64,000 bases of DNA from Vicinamibacterales bacterium (GCA_050183995.1 JBFXAT010000015.1:7415-71414), one strand, 5' to 3'; positions 27,175-36,584 are shown, numbered from the stretch's first letter. Numbers and translations: made by a program. Notes: generated by a model not told the origin, from the sequence alone.

Positions 27175-28581
27175 ATGCGTCATACGAAGATCATCGCGAC
27201 TGTCGGTCCGGCGTCAGACTCCGACTCCGCACTCGATGCCTTGATCGCCGCCGGCACCGACATCGTCCGCCTGAACTTTTCGCACGGCACGCATGATTCG
27301 CACGCCGCGACGTTCGCGCGCGTGCGGCGTGCAGCGCAGCGTGCGGGGCGTCAGGTTGCGATTCTCCAGGACCTCGGCGGACCCAAGATCAGGACCGGAC
27401 GGCTGGAAGGTGGGCGGCCGATTCAGTTGAAGGAAGGCGAAGACCTCCGGATCGCGACCGGGGATGTCGTCGGGCGCGCGGGGCTGATCGCGACGAGCTT
27501 CGAGGGCCTGGCGCGAAGCGTCCACCCCGGGGACCGTCTGCTCCTCTCGGACGGGACGATCGAGCTCGAGGTCGTTTCCACGCAGGGCACGAACATCCTG
27601 ACGAGAGTCGTCGAAGGCGGGACCCTCGGGCAGCACAAGGGCATCAACGCTCCTGGCGTGCAGCTGCCGTCGTCGGCGATCACGATCAAGGACGTCGACG
27701 ACCTGCAGTTCGGCCTTTCGCTCGGCGTCGATCTGGTCGGCATCAGCTTCGTCCAGAATGCGGACGACGTGCGGCGCGCGCGTCAGGTCATCACGGACCA
27801 CGGCGCGGACGTGCCCATCGTGGCGAAGATCGAGCGGCCCCAGGCGCTCGAGCAGCTCGACGCCATCCTGGCCTGCGCGGACATGGTGATGGTCGCGCGC
27901 GGCGATCTGGGCCTCGAGATGCCGCTCGAGCGGGTCCCGCGGGCGCAGAAGGAGATCACCGCTCGCGCCCGTGCCATGAAGGTGCCGGTGATCCTCGCGA
28001 CGCAGGTGCTCGAATCGATGACCGTCGAAGCGAGGCCGACGCGCGCCGAGGTCAGTGACGCCGCCAATGCCGTCAGCGACGGCGTCGACGCCATCATGCT
28101 GGCCGGCGAGACGGCCTCTGGCGCATATCCGGTGCGCGCCGTCCAGACGCTCGATCTGATCATTCGCGAGGCGGAAGCCGGTCTGCCCCACGTCGCGGAT
28201 CGGCATCCGTCCGGCGACGAAGACCATGCGCAGGCGATCTGCGAGGCGGCGGTGATGCTCGCCGAACGCAGCCGAGCGGATGCCATCGTCGCGGTGACGC
28301 GCGGCGGCGGTACGGCGCGCCGGCTCTCGGCGCTTCGGCCCTTCGTGCCCATTCTGGCGACCACCGATCGCGAAGCGACAGCGCGGCGGCTCGCACCGTA
28401 CTGGGGCGTCAACCCGGTGTGCACCGACGTGGGCGAACACGCCGACCTTGCCGGGTTGCTCATCGGCCGGCAGCTCGTTTCGCAGGGGATCGTCGCGCCG
28501 GCATCGACGGTGGTCTTCGTCAGCATTCATCCAGACCTGGCGCGCGCCGACGCCAACTACCTGAAGATTCAGCAGCTCTGA
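27175..28581 (+). CDS. pyk: Pyruvate kinase
   Basis: MRHTKIIATVGPAS, VRLNFSHG, LQDLGGPKIRTG, MVARGDLG and ATQVLESM. Only the C-terminal 468 aa of the listed ORF 25747..28581 is accepted. Confidence 0.93.
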   Translation: MRHTKIIATVGPASDSDSALDALIAAGTDIVRLNFSHGTHDSHAATFARVRRAAQRAGRQVAILQDLGGPKIRTGRLEGGRPIQLKEGEDLRIATGDVVGRAGLIATSFEGLARSVHPGDRLLLSDGTIELEVVSTQGTNILTRVVEGGTLGQHKGINAPGVQLPSSAITIKDVDDLQFGLSLGVDLVGISFVQNADDVRRARQVITDHGADVPIVAKIERPQALEQLDAILACADMVMVARGDLGLEMPLERVPRAQKEITARARAMKVPVILATQVLESMTVEARPTRAEVSDAANAVSDGVDAIMLAGETASGAYPVRAVQTLDLIIREAEAGLPHVADRHPSGDEDHAQAICEAAVMLAERSRADAIVAVTRGGGTARRLSALRPFVPILATTDREATARRLAPYWGVNPVCTDVGEHADLAGLLIGRQLVSQGIVAPASTVVFVSIHPDLARADANYLKIQQL

Positions 28582-28592
28582 TCGCCACGGTC

Positions 28593-29225
28593 ATGCGCGC
28601 GCACGTACCGCCGTTCTCTCGCAACGACTATCACTTCGTCACCACCTGGCGCGTGAGGGCCGCGAGCGGCGAAGTCGCCGACGTGTTGCGTGAGCCGCTC
28701 GAGCTCGTTCGCTGGTGGCCGTCCGTGTACCTCGAGGCCGAGGAGATCGCGCCGCCCGATTCGCAGAGGCTCGGGCAGCAGGTCAGGCTGCGCACCAAGG
28801 GATGGCTGCCGTACACGCTGAACTGGACCTTCACGGTCGTCGAGAACGACTACCCGCGCCGGTTCGCGATCGACGCGCGAGGCGATTTCGCCGGGCGCGG
28901 TGTCTGGACGATCGAGCAGGACGGCACGTTCGTGAATGCCACGTTCGACTGGCAGGTTACCGCGGAGAAGCCGCTGCTCCGGATGTTGTCTCCGGCCCTC
29001 CGGCCGCTTCTCGAGGCGAATCACCGCTGGGCGATGGCGCAGGGCGAAGCGAGCCTGCTGCTCGAGATCGAGCGGCGCCGGGCTGGATCGGCGGCTGCGC
29101 GCGGGGCGGTTCCTCCGCCGCCTGGGCCGGTGACGTACGCCGCCGCCGGGTTGATAGCCGGCGGCGTGGCGGTCGCGGGCACGTTGGCCTATCTCGTGTG
29201 CCGCGCGGCTGGTCGCCGCCGCTAG
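28593..29225 (+). CDS. SRPBCC (START/polyketide-cyclase-like) superfamily protein with a C-terminal TM tail
   Basis: 210 aa. The text VRWWPSVY...WLPYTLNWTFTVVE...GRGVWTIEQDG is typical of SRPBCC ligand-binding folds. The C-terminal hydrophobic stretch is AAAGLIAGGVAVAGTLAYLV. Confidence 0.65.
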   Translation: MRAHVPPFSRNDYHFVTTWRVRAASGEVADVLREPLELVRWWPSVYLEAEEIAPPDSQRLGQQVRLRTKGWLPYTLNWTFTVVENDYPRRFAIDARGDFAGRGVWTIEQDGTFVNATFDWQVTAEKPLLRMLSPALRPLLEANHRWAMAQGEASLLLEIERRRAGSAAARGAVPPPPGPVTYAAAGLIAGGVAVAGTLAYLVCRAAGRRR

Positions 29226-30862
29226 AAATCTTCCAGCCGGAGCGGAGCGTCGGCATTGCTCCAGGCGTCCGCAAAGCGGCGACGGACGACGAGCGTGCCG
29301 GGCCGGTCTCCCTCGATGGCCCTGAGCGTCTGCCATCGTCCGAACAGCGATCGGGGATTGCCCGGATTCCGCTCCAGGTCCTGACGAAAGACGAGGTCCG
29401 CCTCGTCGAACCGCTTGGCGCGGACGAGCGCGGCACCGAGCGACTCGCGGGTGGGATAGAACCAGTCCGGGGGCTCGTTGTAGCTCAAGCGATCTTCGGC
29501 ATGGACAGCCAGGCGCCAGGCGGCGATCGCGGCTTCGGCGTCACCGCGCGCGGCAGCGATGCGGGCGTCGAGCGTGTGTCCCGCCACGTCGAGCACCTGC
29601 GCGGCCGTGTTCATGTTGAACGGCAGGTCGGCAGGCACGGCGCTGCGGGCCGCGGTGTACGCCTCGCGCTCGCGATCCGCTTCGGCGGCGTCGCCGAGCC
29701 CAGCATGCGCGACGCCTCGTGCGAAGTGGTCGAGGGCAACGAGCAGCCGGGCGTCGTCGTCCGGCTTCGGCTGCGCGAGCACATCGGACCACTTGCCGAA
29801 GCGCAGCAGGACCTGCAGCGTCTTCCACCCGAACGGCTCGAGCATCGGCATGTCGGCGAGCATCGGTGTGACATTCGCCGTCAGCTCGCGGGCCGCCTTC
29901 AACGCCACGTCGAACTGCCCGGTCATCATGGCCGCGGCGGCGAGGAAGTCGAGGTTGTGGTTGAAGTACATCGCCGGGTAGAAGCCCTTCGGGCTCGTCG
30001 CCTCGATGTATCTGCGATCGACGTCGGCCGCGCGTGCGTTCGCGGCGACCGCACCCGAGTAGTCGCCGGTACGCATGTAGGTATGCGCCGGCATGTGGAC
30101 CAGATGGCCGGCCGCCGGCACCAGCGTCTCGAGCTTCTTCGCGCTCTTCAGCGCGCGCTCAGGCGTGAGCGAAGCTTCGGTGGCGTGGATGTAGAGGTGA
30201 TTGGCGCCGACATGATCCGGATCGCGCTCGAGCACGCGCTCCAGCACCTCGACCACTTCGGACGTGCCCTCCGCGGGCGCGCCCTCCGCCGTGTAGAGCT
30301 TCCAGGGTCTGAGGTTCATCAGGCTCTCGGCGTAGAGCGTCGCCGCGTGCGAGTCGTTCGGGTAGGTTCGCGTCAGCTGCCGCATCGCGTCCTTGTAGTC
30401 CGCCGCGAGCGTCATGGGATCCGCGTTCGGATCGGCGGAGTACCGCTTGGCCATCGCGGCGACGTAGGCGCGCTCCTTGGCGGGTGCGCGCGATGCCAGC
30501 TGAACGGCGAGTTGGATCGCCGCCAGCGCCTGCGCGTGACGTTCCGGATCCATCTCGCGGTTGATGTTCGGGCCGAGCGCCAGGGCGATGCCCCAGTGCG
30601 GCATGGGCGAGGCCGGATCGATCTCCGCCGCCTTGCGGAACGAGCGCACCGCCTCCTCGTGGTTGAACGCGTAGACGAGCGCGAGACCCTGATTGAAGAA
30701 CTTCTGCGCCTCCTCGCGCCGCGTCGCGATCTGGAAGCTCACGCCTCGAATGCCCGGTATCAAGACGGCGGGTGCCGCCTCGTCGTCGTGATCCGCGTGG
30801 CCCATCTGCGGTGACGGCTGCGCTGCGGCGAGCGCAGCGGCCATCAGGAGGGCTATCACCAT
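29222..30862 (-). CDS. Secreted tetratricopeptide-repeat (TPR) protein
   Basis: 546 aa with a signal-like N-terminus. Repeated A-x-x-x-F-x-K-A-x-x-x-D-P type helices occur throughout (EEAQKFFNQGLALVYAFNHEEAVRSFRKAAEIDP). Confidence 0.75.
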   Translation of the reverse strand: MVIALLMAAALAAAQPSPQMGHADHDDEAAPAVLIPGIRGVSFQIATRREEAQKFFNQGLALVYAFNHEEAVRSFRKAAEIDPASPMPHWGIALALGPNINREMDPERHAQALAAIQLAVQLASRAPAKERAYVAAMAKRYSADPNADPMTLAADYKDAMRQLTRTYPNDSHAATLYAESLMNLRPWKLYTAEGAPAEGTSEVVEVLERVLERDPDHVGANHLYIHATEASLTPERALKSAKKLETLVPAAGHLVHMPAHTYMRTGDYSGAVAANARAADVDRRYIEATSPKGFYPAMYFNHNLDFLAAAAMMTGQFDVALKAARELTANVTPMLADMPMLEPFGWKTLQVLLRFGKWSDVLAQPKPDDDARLLVALDHFARGVAHAGLGDAAEADREREAYTAARSAVPADLPFNMNTAAQVLDVAGHTLDARIAAARGDAEAAIAAWRLAVHAEDRLSYNEPPDWFYPTRESLGAALVRAKRFDEADLVFRQDLERNPGNPRSLFGRWQTLRAIEGDRPGTLVVRRRFADAWSNADAPLRLEDF

Positions 30863-30864
30863 CG

Positions 30865-31353
30865 CTACTTCTCCAGGAGCAGTTTCAGAATCCGCAGCGC
30901 CCGCTGCCAGTGCGCCGTCGCGATGGCATGGTAGCGCTGCGAGCGGACGTCTTCGTCGAAGCCGGTGATCGCGACGCGGAGCAGCGTCGCCGACGTGCCG
31001 CTGTTCGACAGGGTCGCCTTGAAGGTCGCTTGAATCGCCAGCGGTCCGATCGGGCCGGTGTCAGGCGGCAGCCAGAAGACATCCGCGAGGAACACGTGAT
31101 CGTTGGGCTCGACGTGCATCACGGTGGCGCGAAGTACGCCGCCGCGACGGCCCAGTACCTCGTCCGCGTCCTCTGATGGGACCCAGTCGAGCACGTAGGG
31201 GCCGAGGAGACGTGGCACGGCAATCGCACGCCTGATGCCTTGCCATGCAGCCAGCGCCCCTTCTTCGAAAAAGGACTGGAACACCACGGCCGGTGGCGCG
31301 CAGATCTCCAGAGAGAGGTCGAGCTCGTGCCGAGTCTGTTCCTTGACAGCCAT
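30865..31353 (-). CDS. SRPBCC / AHSA1-like domain protein
   Basis: 162 aa. The size and beta-rich text with a C-terminal helix fit the fold. It lies 2 nt downstream of the TPR gene on the same strand. The family call has low specificity. Confidence 0.6.
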   Translation of the reverse strand: MAVKEQTRHELDLSLEICAPPAVVFQSFFEEGALAAWQGIRRAIAVPRLLGPYVLDWVPSEDADEVLGRRGGVLRATVMHVEPNDHVFLADVFWLPPDTGPIGPLAIQATFKATLSNSGTSATLLRVAITGFDEDVRSQRYHAIATAHWQRALRILKLLLEK

Positions 31354-31446
31354 CAGAGTGACACGCCAGCGTAGGATCGGCCTCCCGGGGCGCCCGGGGG
31401 AAGCCGCAAAGACGGATCATAACATCTGCTAAAGTTTCAAATTCGT

Positions 31447-32304
31447 ATGTCTCAGCCGCTGGCGTATCTCTACCCTGAGTTCCTGGAGAGTGCAGATGCC
31501 CGGCCAATCCGGATCCTCTCGGAATATCTCGAGCCGCTTCGCCGCTTCCGGGATGAGCGCATCCAGGACACCGTGGTGTTCTTCGGGTCCGCCAGGGTGA
31601 ACAGCCGCGAACGTGCGGAGCGTGCGCTGCAGACGCTACGGGCACGCGGCGTGCCCGACGCCGACGGGCACTACCAGGCCGAGCTTCAACGCACCAGGAA
31701 GGCCCTCGAGTGGGCGCGCTACTACGAGGACGCACGTGAGGTGGCGCGGCGGCTCACGTCGTGGAGCCGCACGCTGCAGTCCGAGAACCACCGGTTCGTC
31801 ATCACCTCCGGAGGCGGGCCCGGCATCATGGAGGCCGCCAATCGCGGAGCGCGAGAAGCCGGTGGCAAGACGATCGGCCTGAACATCCGGCTTCCGTTCG
31901 AGCAGGGCGCCAATCCGTACATCACCGACGGACTGCACTTCGAGTTCCACTACTTCTTCATGCGGAAGTTCTGGTTCGCGTACCTGGCCAAGGCCCTGGT
32001 CATCTTTCCGGGCGGGTTCGGCACGTGCGACGAGCTGTTCGAGATCCTCACGCTCGCGCAGACCGACAAGCTCTCCAAGAAGATCGAGGTCGTGCTCTAC
32101 GGTCGAGAGTACTGGGAGCAGATCCTCAGCTTCGGCCCGATGGCCGACTGGGGAGCCATCGCGGATCAGGATCTGGATTTGCTGAAGTATGCCGACACGC
32201 CCGTCGAGGCGTTCGAGTGCCTGCGAGATCACCTCGTCGAGTACCACCTCGAGCCGAAGGATCAGGAGGCAGCCACGCCGGGGATCGCCAAGACACGAGG
32301 ATGA
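31447..32304 (+). CDS. LOG-family (TIGR00730-type) nucleotide phosphoribohydrolase-like protein
   Basis: GGGPGIMEAANRGA and PGGFGTCDELFE, the LOG-family PGGxGTxxE motif. Confidence 0.85.
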   Translation: MSQPLAYLYPEFLESADARPIRILSEYLEPLRRFRDERIQDTVVFFGSARVNSRERAERALQTLRARGVPDADGHYQAELQRTRKALEWARYYEDAREVARRLTSWSRTLQSENHRFVITSGGGPGIMEAANRGAREAGGKTIGLNIRLPFEQGANPYITDGLHFEFHYFFMRKFWFAYLAKALVIFPGGFGTCDELFEILTLAQTDKLSKKIEVVLYGREYWEQILSFGPMADWGAIADQDLDLLKYADTPVEAFECLRDHLVEYHLEPKDQEAATPGIAKTRG

Positions 32305-32359
32305 GAATGGCGCACCAGCCGTTCTCCAGCAGCCTGCCACGAGAGTCAGGAGAGTCCAG

Positions 32360-32848
32360 ATGGACAAGAAGACGCGCGACCGGCTCGTTGCGGAGTACAA
32401 GGACGGATACCGGGCGGTTGCCGAGGCGCTGGCCGGCGCGCCGGAAGACGAGCTGGACACCGCGCCCGCTGAAGGCAAGTGGACGGCCCGGGAGATCGTC
32501 CACCACCTCGCCGACAGCGAGATGACGTCGGCAGTCCGGTTGAGGCTGCTGCTCGCCACGCCGAGCCCGCACATTGTCGGCTACGACCAGGACGAGTTCG
32601 CGCGCAAGCTGCACTACCGTGAACGCCCGATCGAAGCCTCACTCGACGCGTTCAACGCGGCCCGACGCTCCACGGCCGAACTCCTCGACCTGATGTCCGA
32701 AGCGGAGTGGCTGCGCGAAGGAATCCATTCGGAGCACGGTGCCTATTCGGTCCACAAGTGGCTCGAGCTCTACGCTCCCCACGCACACCTGCACGCCGAG
32801 CAGATTCTGGTCGCGAGGGACGCCGCCAGGAAGAAGAAGCTGGGGTAG
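32360..32848 (+). CDS. DinB-family (four-helix bundle, metal-binding) protein
   Basis: 162 aa from ATG 32360, with EIVHHLADSE and a C-terminal HAHLHAEQI His-rich triad pattern typical of DinB/YfiT-like proteins. Confidence 0.8.
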   Translation: MDKKTRDRLVAEYKDGYRAVAEALAGAPEDELDTAPAEGKWTAREIVHHLADSEMTSAVRLRLLLATPSPHIVGYDQDEFARKLHYRERPIEASLDAFNAARRSTAELLDLMSEAEWLREGIHSEHGAYSVHKWLELYAPHAHLHAEQILVARDAARKKKLG

Positions 32849-32884
32849 GAGGGGAAGGGGAACGGGAGGGGAGGGAAGAAAGGG
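32842..32884 (+). repeat. Polypurine tract with seven G3-4 runs (canonical G-quadruplex motif, partly mirror-symmetric)
   Basis: ggggtaggaggggaaggggaacgggaggggagggaagaaaggg begins within the last sense codon of the DinB-family gene and runs through its TAG stop. In the 32851-32875 core the loops are 1-3 nt. Confidence 0.8.
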
Positions 32885-32932
32885 AAAAGTGTGAAGGGAC
32901 CAGTGGGTCGGAGCGACGGAGCTGGAGCGTCG

Positions 32933-32968
32933 CTCGAAGAACTAGTACAGCTCGAAGAACTAGTACAG
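32933..32968. repeat. Perfect 18-bp tandem duplication (ctcgaagaactagtacag x2) spanning the stop codon of the minus-strand DUF1343 gene
   Basis: Copy 1 is 32933-32950 and copy 2 is 32951-32968. Copy 2 encodes the last codons L-Y-stop of the gene ending at 32960. Confidence 0.9.
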
Positions 32969-34123
32969 CAGGAACTGTTCCCGGACTCCTGAGAACGTGC
33001 GGACGTCGGCATCCCAGCTGGACGCGATCGCTTCCGCTGGCATTCCCCGTTCGATCTGCTCGCGCGTCGTCGAGGATCCTGCGAGGATGTCGAACGGGAG
33101 CTTCACGGCTTCGTATTCGTAGGGCGGTTCGCGCCACGCGAACTGGCCTGGGGCCGCCTGCCGGAAGGCTTCGGTCAACAGCACGCCCGTGAGCACGGGG
33201 CGGAACGTGCGCCGGTCGAGCACGTGGATCTGGCAGCCTCCGCAGCCGCTCTTGGCATGTTTGTGAAACGTCGGCTCGAAGAACGCCGGCCGGAAGAACA
33301 CGCCGGGAAGGCCGCGCGCGTTCAAGGCGTCCGCGAAAGGCTCGGCCTCGACCCAGGGGGCCCCAACCAGCTCGAACGGCCTCGTCGTGCCTCGCCCCTC
33401 GGAGACGTTGGTCCCTTCGAACAGCACAGTACCGGGGTAGACGATCGCGCTTTCGAGCGTCGGCATGTTGGGCGAGGGCATGACCCACGGCGCCCCGCTC
33501 GCATCGTGATACATGTCGCGCGTCCACCCCGTCATCGGGACGACGTCGAGATCCGCCCCGATGCCGAAATGGCCGTTGAAAAGGCGCGCCAGTTCGCCGA
33601 TCGTCATGCCGTGACGCATCGGGATCGGGTAGAGCCCGACGAACGACTCGAATCCCGGCTGGAGCATGGGGCCCTCGACCGCATCGCCTCCGATCGGGTT
33701 CGGCCGATCGCACACGATCACCTTCACGCCGTGGCGGCGTGCGGCCGTCAGGCAGTACGCCATCGTGTAGATGTAGGTGTAGATCCGCGTGCCGACGTCC
33801 TGCAGGTCGATCACGAGCAGGTCGAGGCCGCGCAGCATCTGCGCCGTCGGCTCGCGCGTCTCGCTGTAGAGGGAATAGACGGCGACGCCGCGTCCGGCGT
33901 CGCGGCCGTGCTCCGTCTCGATCATGTTCTCTTGCACGTCCGACCTGAAGCCGTGCTGCGGTCCGAAGATCGTCGCGAGGGTGGTCTCGGGCCGCGCCGC
34001 TATGCGGTCGGCGATGTGGCCGAACCGATGATCCACCGACGCCGGATTGCAGACCACGCCCACGCGTGCTCCGTCGAGCGTGGAGGAGGCGAGCAGGTGT
34101 TCGGATCCGAGGGTGATACCCAT
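32960..34123 (-). CDS. DUF1343 family protein (NamZ-like exo-beta-N-acetylmuramidase family)
   Basis: 387 aa with VGVVCNPASV, IFGPQHGF, SLYSETREPT, DLQDVGTRIYTYIYTM and VCDRPNPIGG, the characteristic DUF1343 text. Confidence 0.88.
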   Translation of the reverse strand: MGITLGSEHLLASSTLDGARVGVVCNPASVDHRFGHIADRIAARPETTLATIFGPQHGFRSDVQENMIETEHGRDAGRGVAVYSLYSETREPTAQMLRGLDLLVIDLQDVGTRIYTYIYTMAYCLTAARRHGVKVIVCDRPNPIGGDAVEGPMLQPGFESFVGLYPIPMRHGMTIGELARLFNGHFGIGADLDVVPMTGWTRDMYHDASGAPWVMPSPNMPTLESAIVYPGTVLFEGTNVSEGRGTTRPFELVGAPWVEAEPFADALNARGLPGVFFRPAFFEPTFHKHAKSGCGGCQIHVLDRRTFRPVLTGVLLTEAFRQAAPGQFAWREPPYEYEAVKLPFDILAGSSTTREQIERGMPAEAIASSWDADVRTFSGVREQFLLY

Positions 34124-34155
34124 CGCCCCGATTATTTCACGAGCGTTGGCGTACT

Positions 34156-35700
34156 ATGGCAGCCGTCCCCTCGATGCGAAGCCGGCTGTCGCGCACACGA
34201 TCGATCCCGCTCGCGCTCGGTCTGCTCCTGTCGACCGTCGGCGCCGTGTCCCCGGCAGCCGCGCAGCCGGCCCCGAACACGTTCAGGTGGGCGGGCGATC
34301 CCGAGGGCGGCGCCCCGTTCGTTCAGGCGCGGCCCGACCGGCCTGACGTTCTCGAAGGCTTCGACGTCGAGGTCGCCGGTCTCCTGGCACGCGGGCTGGG
34401 GCGCGAACCGCGCTTCGTGCTCATCGCCTTCTCCTCAATCGATCAGTCGATCGCCCGCGGCGACGCCGACATCGGCCTGAGCGGCATCGAAGACACGCCA
34501 GCGCGCCGCGCCTCAATGGCGGTCACGCTTCCGTACTACAGATTTCGCGAGGTGCTCGCCGTCCGGTCGGCCGATGCGGAACGCCTGCGCCGGCTCTCGG
34601 ATTTCCGCGGCCGTCGCGTCGGCACCCTCGGCGGAACCATGGCTTACGAGATCCTGCTCGCGGCGGAAGAGGCACACGGCATCACCGCCGTCTCCTACGA
34701 CGATGACGTGCATCCGTTCGACGATCTGCTCATGGGCCGGCTCGACGGCGTTCTTCTCGACAACGTCCTTGCGCTTCGCCGTCAGAAGGCAATGGGCGGC
34801 TTCACGATCCAACCGGAGACCGTCGCAGTTGGCCACTACGTCGGCGTCCTCGCCGCCGAGAACACCAGCCTGCGAGATGCGTGCGACGAGATCCTCCGGC
34901 AGGCGATGCGCGACGGACGCCTCGAGCGCATCTTCCGCCAATGGGACGTCTGGAACGACGATCAGGCGCCCCTGTACGCGCAGGTTCTCGCCGGCGAACC
35001 GGCGGTGCCTCTCGAGGCGGTCGGGCGTGGCGACGCGGGCCCACCATCGTCGACGCGGCAGGCCGCGTTGCGCTACCTCCCCGCCCTGCTGCGCGCCTCG
35101 CTCGTCACCCTCGCCTTGTCGTTCTCGGCGATGCTGCTCGCCGTCGCCGTCGGCGTGCTTGTCGCGAGCGGGCGGGTGTACGGTCCGCCGGCGCTGCGCG
35201 CGATGCTCGCAGCCTATGTCGAGGTCGTTCGCGGCACGCCGATCCTGCTCCAGCTCTTCGTGCTCTACTACGGCCTGGCGTCGGCCATCCGTCTGCCGGC
35301 GTTCGTCGCCGCGTTTCTTGGACTGGCGCTGAACTACGGCGCCTACGAGAGCGAGATCTACCGGAGTGCCCTCGAGGCGGTCGGCAAGGGCCAGCTCGAA
35401 GCCGCGCGTGTGCTCGGCTTCACGGAGCGGCAGATCTTCGCGCTGATCCGCGGTCCGCAGGCCTTCCGGCTCGCCCTCGCGCCGATGACCAACGACTTCG
35501 TCGCGCTCTTGAAGGACTCGTCGCTCGTCTCGGTGCTCACGGTCGTCGAGCTCACCAAGCAGACGCAGATCTTCGCGACCAACGTCGGCAGCTGGGTCGT
35601 GCCGGGCGCCCTGTGCGCAGGCCTCTATCTCGCGATGTCGTTGCCGCTTTCCGCGCTCGCCCGGCGGCTCGAAGCTCGCTGGAAGGTGACATCCTCATGA
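34156..35700 (+). CDS. Polar amino-acid ABC transporter, fused periplasmic substrate-binding domain and permease
   Basis: 514 aa with a signal peptide, then an SBP-3-like half (FRWAGDPEGGAPF, GFDVEVA, DADIGLSGI). A permease half with an EAA-like loop follows (SALEAVGKGQLEAARVLGF). Confidence 0.85.
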   Translation: MAAVPSMRSRLSRTRSIPLALGLLLSTVGAVSPAAAQPAPNTFRWAGDPEGGAPFVQARPDRPDVLEGFDVEVAGLLARGLGREPRFVLIAFSSIDQSIARGDADIGLSGIEDTPARRASMAVTLPYYRFREVLAVRSADAERLRRLSDFRGRRVGTLGGTMAYEILLAAEEAHGITAVSYDDDVHPFDDLLMGRLDGVLLDNVLALRRQKAMGGFTIQPETVAVGHYVGVLAAENTSLRDACDEILRQAMRDGRLERIFRQWDVWNDDQAPLYAQVLAGEPAVPLEAVGRGDAGPPSSTRQAALRYLPALLRASLVTLALSFSAMLLAVAVGVLVASGRVYGPPALRAMLAAYVEVVRGTPILLQLFVLYYGLASAIRLPAFVAAFLGLALNYGAYESEIYRSALEAVGKGQLEAARVLGFTERQIFALIRGPQAFRLALAPMTNDFVALLKDSSLVSVLTVVELTKQTQIFATNVGSWVVPGALCAGLYLAMSLPLSALARRLEARWKVTSS

Positions 35701-36371
35701 GCGCACCCGTCGTGCGCATCGGCGGGCTGGGGCTCCTGCGTGGGGATCGCGTCGTGCTCGAGGACGTGTCGCTCGACATGTGCCGCGGCGAGGTGGTCGC
35801 CCTCATGGGCGCGTCCGGGTCCGGCAAGACGACGCTGCTTCGCACCGTCGCCGGCCTCGAGCGCTTCGATCGCGGGGCGATTGCGGTCGACGATGTGATG
35901 CTCGGGCCGGGTTCGGTCGACACCGCGATGCTGCGCCGCCTTCGTCAGAAGGTCGGAATGGTCTTTCAGTTTCATTGCCTCTTCGAGCACCTGGACGCGA
36001 CGCGCAACGTCGCCCTCGCCCTCGTACACGTGCACCGCGTCGGGCGGGCGGAGGCGGACGCGCGATCGATGGCGCTGCTGCGCCAGCTCGGCGTGGATCA
36101 TCGGGCCGCGGCGCTCCCGGCTCAGCTATCGGGCGGTGAAGCGCAGCGTGTCGCCGTGGCGCGCGCCCTGGCAACCGACCCTCCGCTGCTGCTGATGGAC
36201 GAGCCGACCGCCTCGCTCGACCCCGAGCGCCGCGAGGAGCTGGCGACGATGGTGAAGGAGCTGGCCGCCAGAGGGCGCACGCTGCTCATCGCCACGCACG
36301 ACGCGGATTTCGCCGAGCTGGTGGGCGCCCGTGCGGTCAAAATGGTGAACGGACGCATCGTCGAAGGGTAA
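35697..36371 (+). CDS. Amino-acid ABC transporter ATP-binding protein
   Basis: Walker A GASGSGKTT, signature LSGGEAQRV and Walker B LLLMDEPTASLD. ATGA overlap with the permease gene. Confidence 0.9.
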   Translation: MSAPVVRIGGLGLLRGDRVVLEDVSLDMCRGEVVALMGASGSGKTTLLRTVAGLERFDRGAIAVDDVMLGPGSVDTAMLRRLRQKVGMVFQFHCLFEHLDATRNVALALVHVHRVGRAEADARSMALLRQLGVDHRAAALPAQLSGGEAQRVAVARALATDPPLLLMDEPTASLDPERREELATMVKELAARGRTLLIATHDADFAELVGARAVKMVNGRIVEG

Positions 36372-36425
36372 GCGGGCGACGCGAGCTATGGTCGGGCTGC
36401 CGGCGCGGACGCGGCCCTTACTGCC

Positions 36426-36453
36426 TTGCGGTGCGCGCGAACGGTTGTATACT
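36426..36453 (+). promoter_or_regulatory. Candidate sigma70-type promoter for the RRM protein gene
   Basis: TTGCGG (36426-36431), a 16-nt spacer, then TATACT (36448-36453). This would give a 5' UTR of about 125 nt ahead of the GAGGAG Shine-Dalgarno and ATG 36585. The call is by pattern match only. Confidence 0.35.
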
Positions 36454-36584
36454 ACGCCGGTCTGGTGGCCAGCCCCGCCTGCTTCGCCCGCGCCGAGAGC
36501 CGATCGAGCCTCCGTCCTGACTCGTTCTCTCCTGCACGCCATTGCCGAGCCGACGAGCACGCCACCCTAGCGTGAGGAGTCAGT

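Noticed and set aside
28715-30814. 699-aa plus-strand ORF antisense to the TPR gene
   Set aside because: Arg/Gly-rich shadow frame. The minus strand encodes coherent TPR helices with a signal peptide.
31381-31410. Paired CCCGGG (SmaI-type) palindromes, cctcccggggcgcccgggggaag, in the divergent region upstream of the LOG-family gene
   Set aside because: These are short self-complementary GC strings expected by chance at this GC content. There is no supporting context.
32933-32968. Target-site duplications flanking a mobile element (also considered for 39334-39367 and 55892-55925)
   Set aside because: The copies are directly adjacent with nothing between them, and no transposase, integrase or terminal inverted repeats are present anywhere in the window. 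I report them as tandem duplications of unknown origin.
32770-33012. 80-aa minus-strand ORF with Ser/Phe/Pro runs
   Set aside because: It is the complement of the polypurine tract and the 18-bp duplication. The low-complexity translation is a by-product of the repeat.
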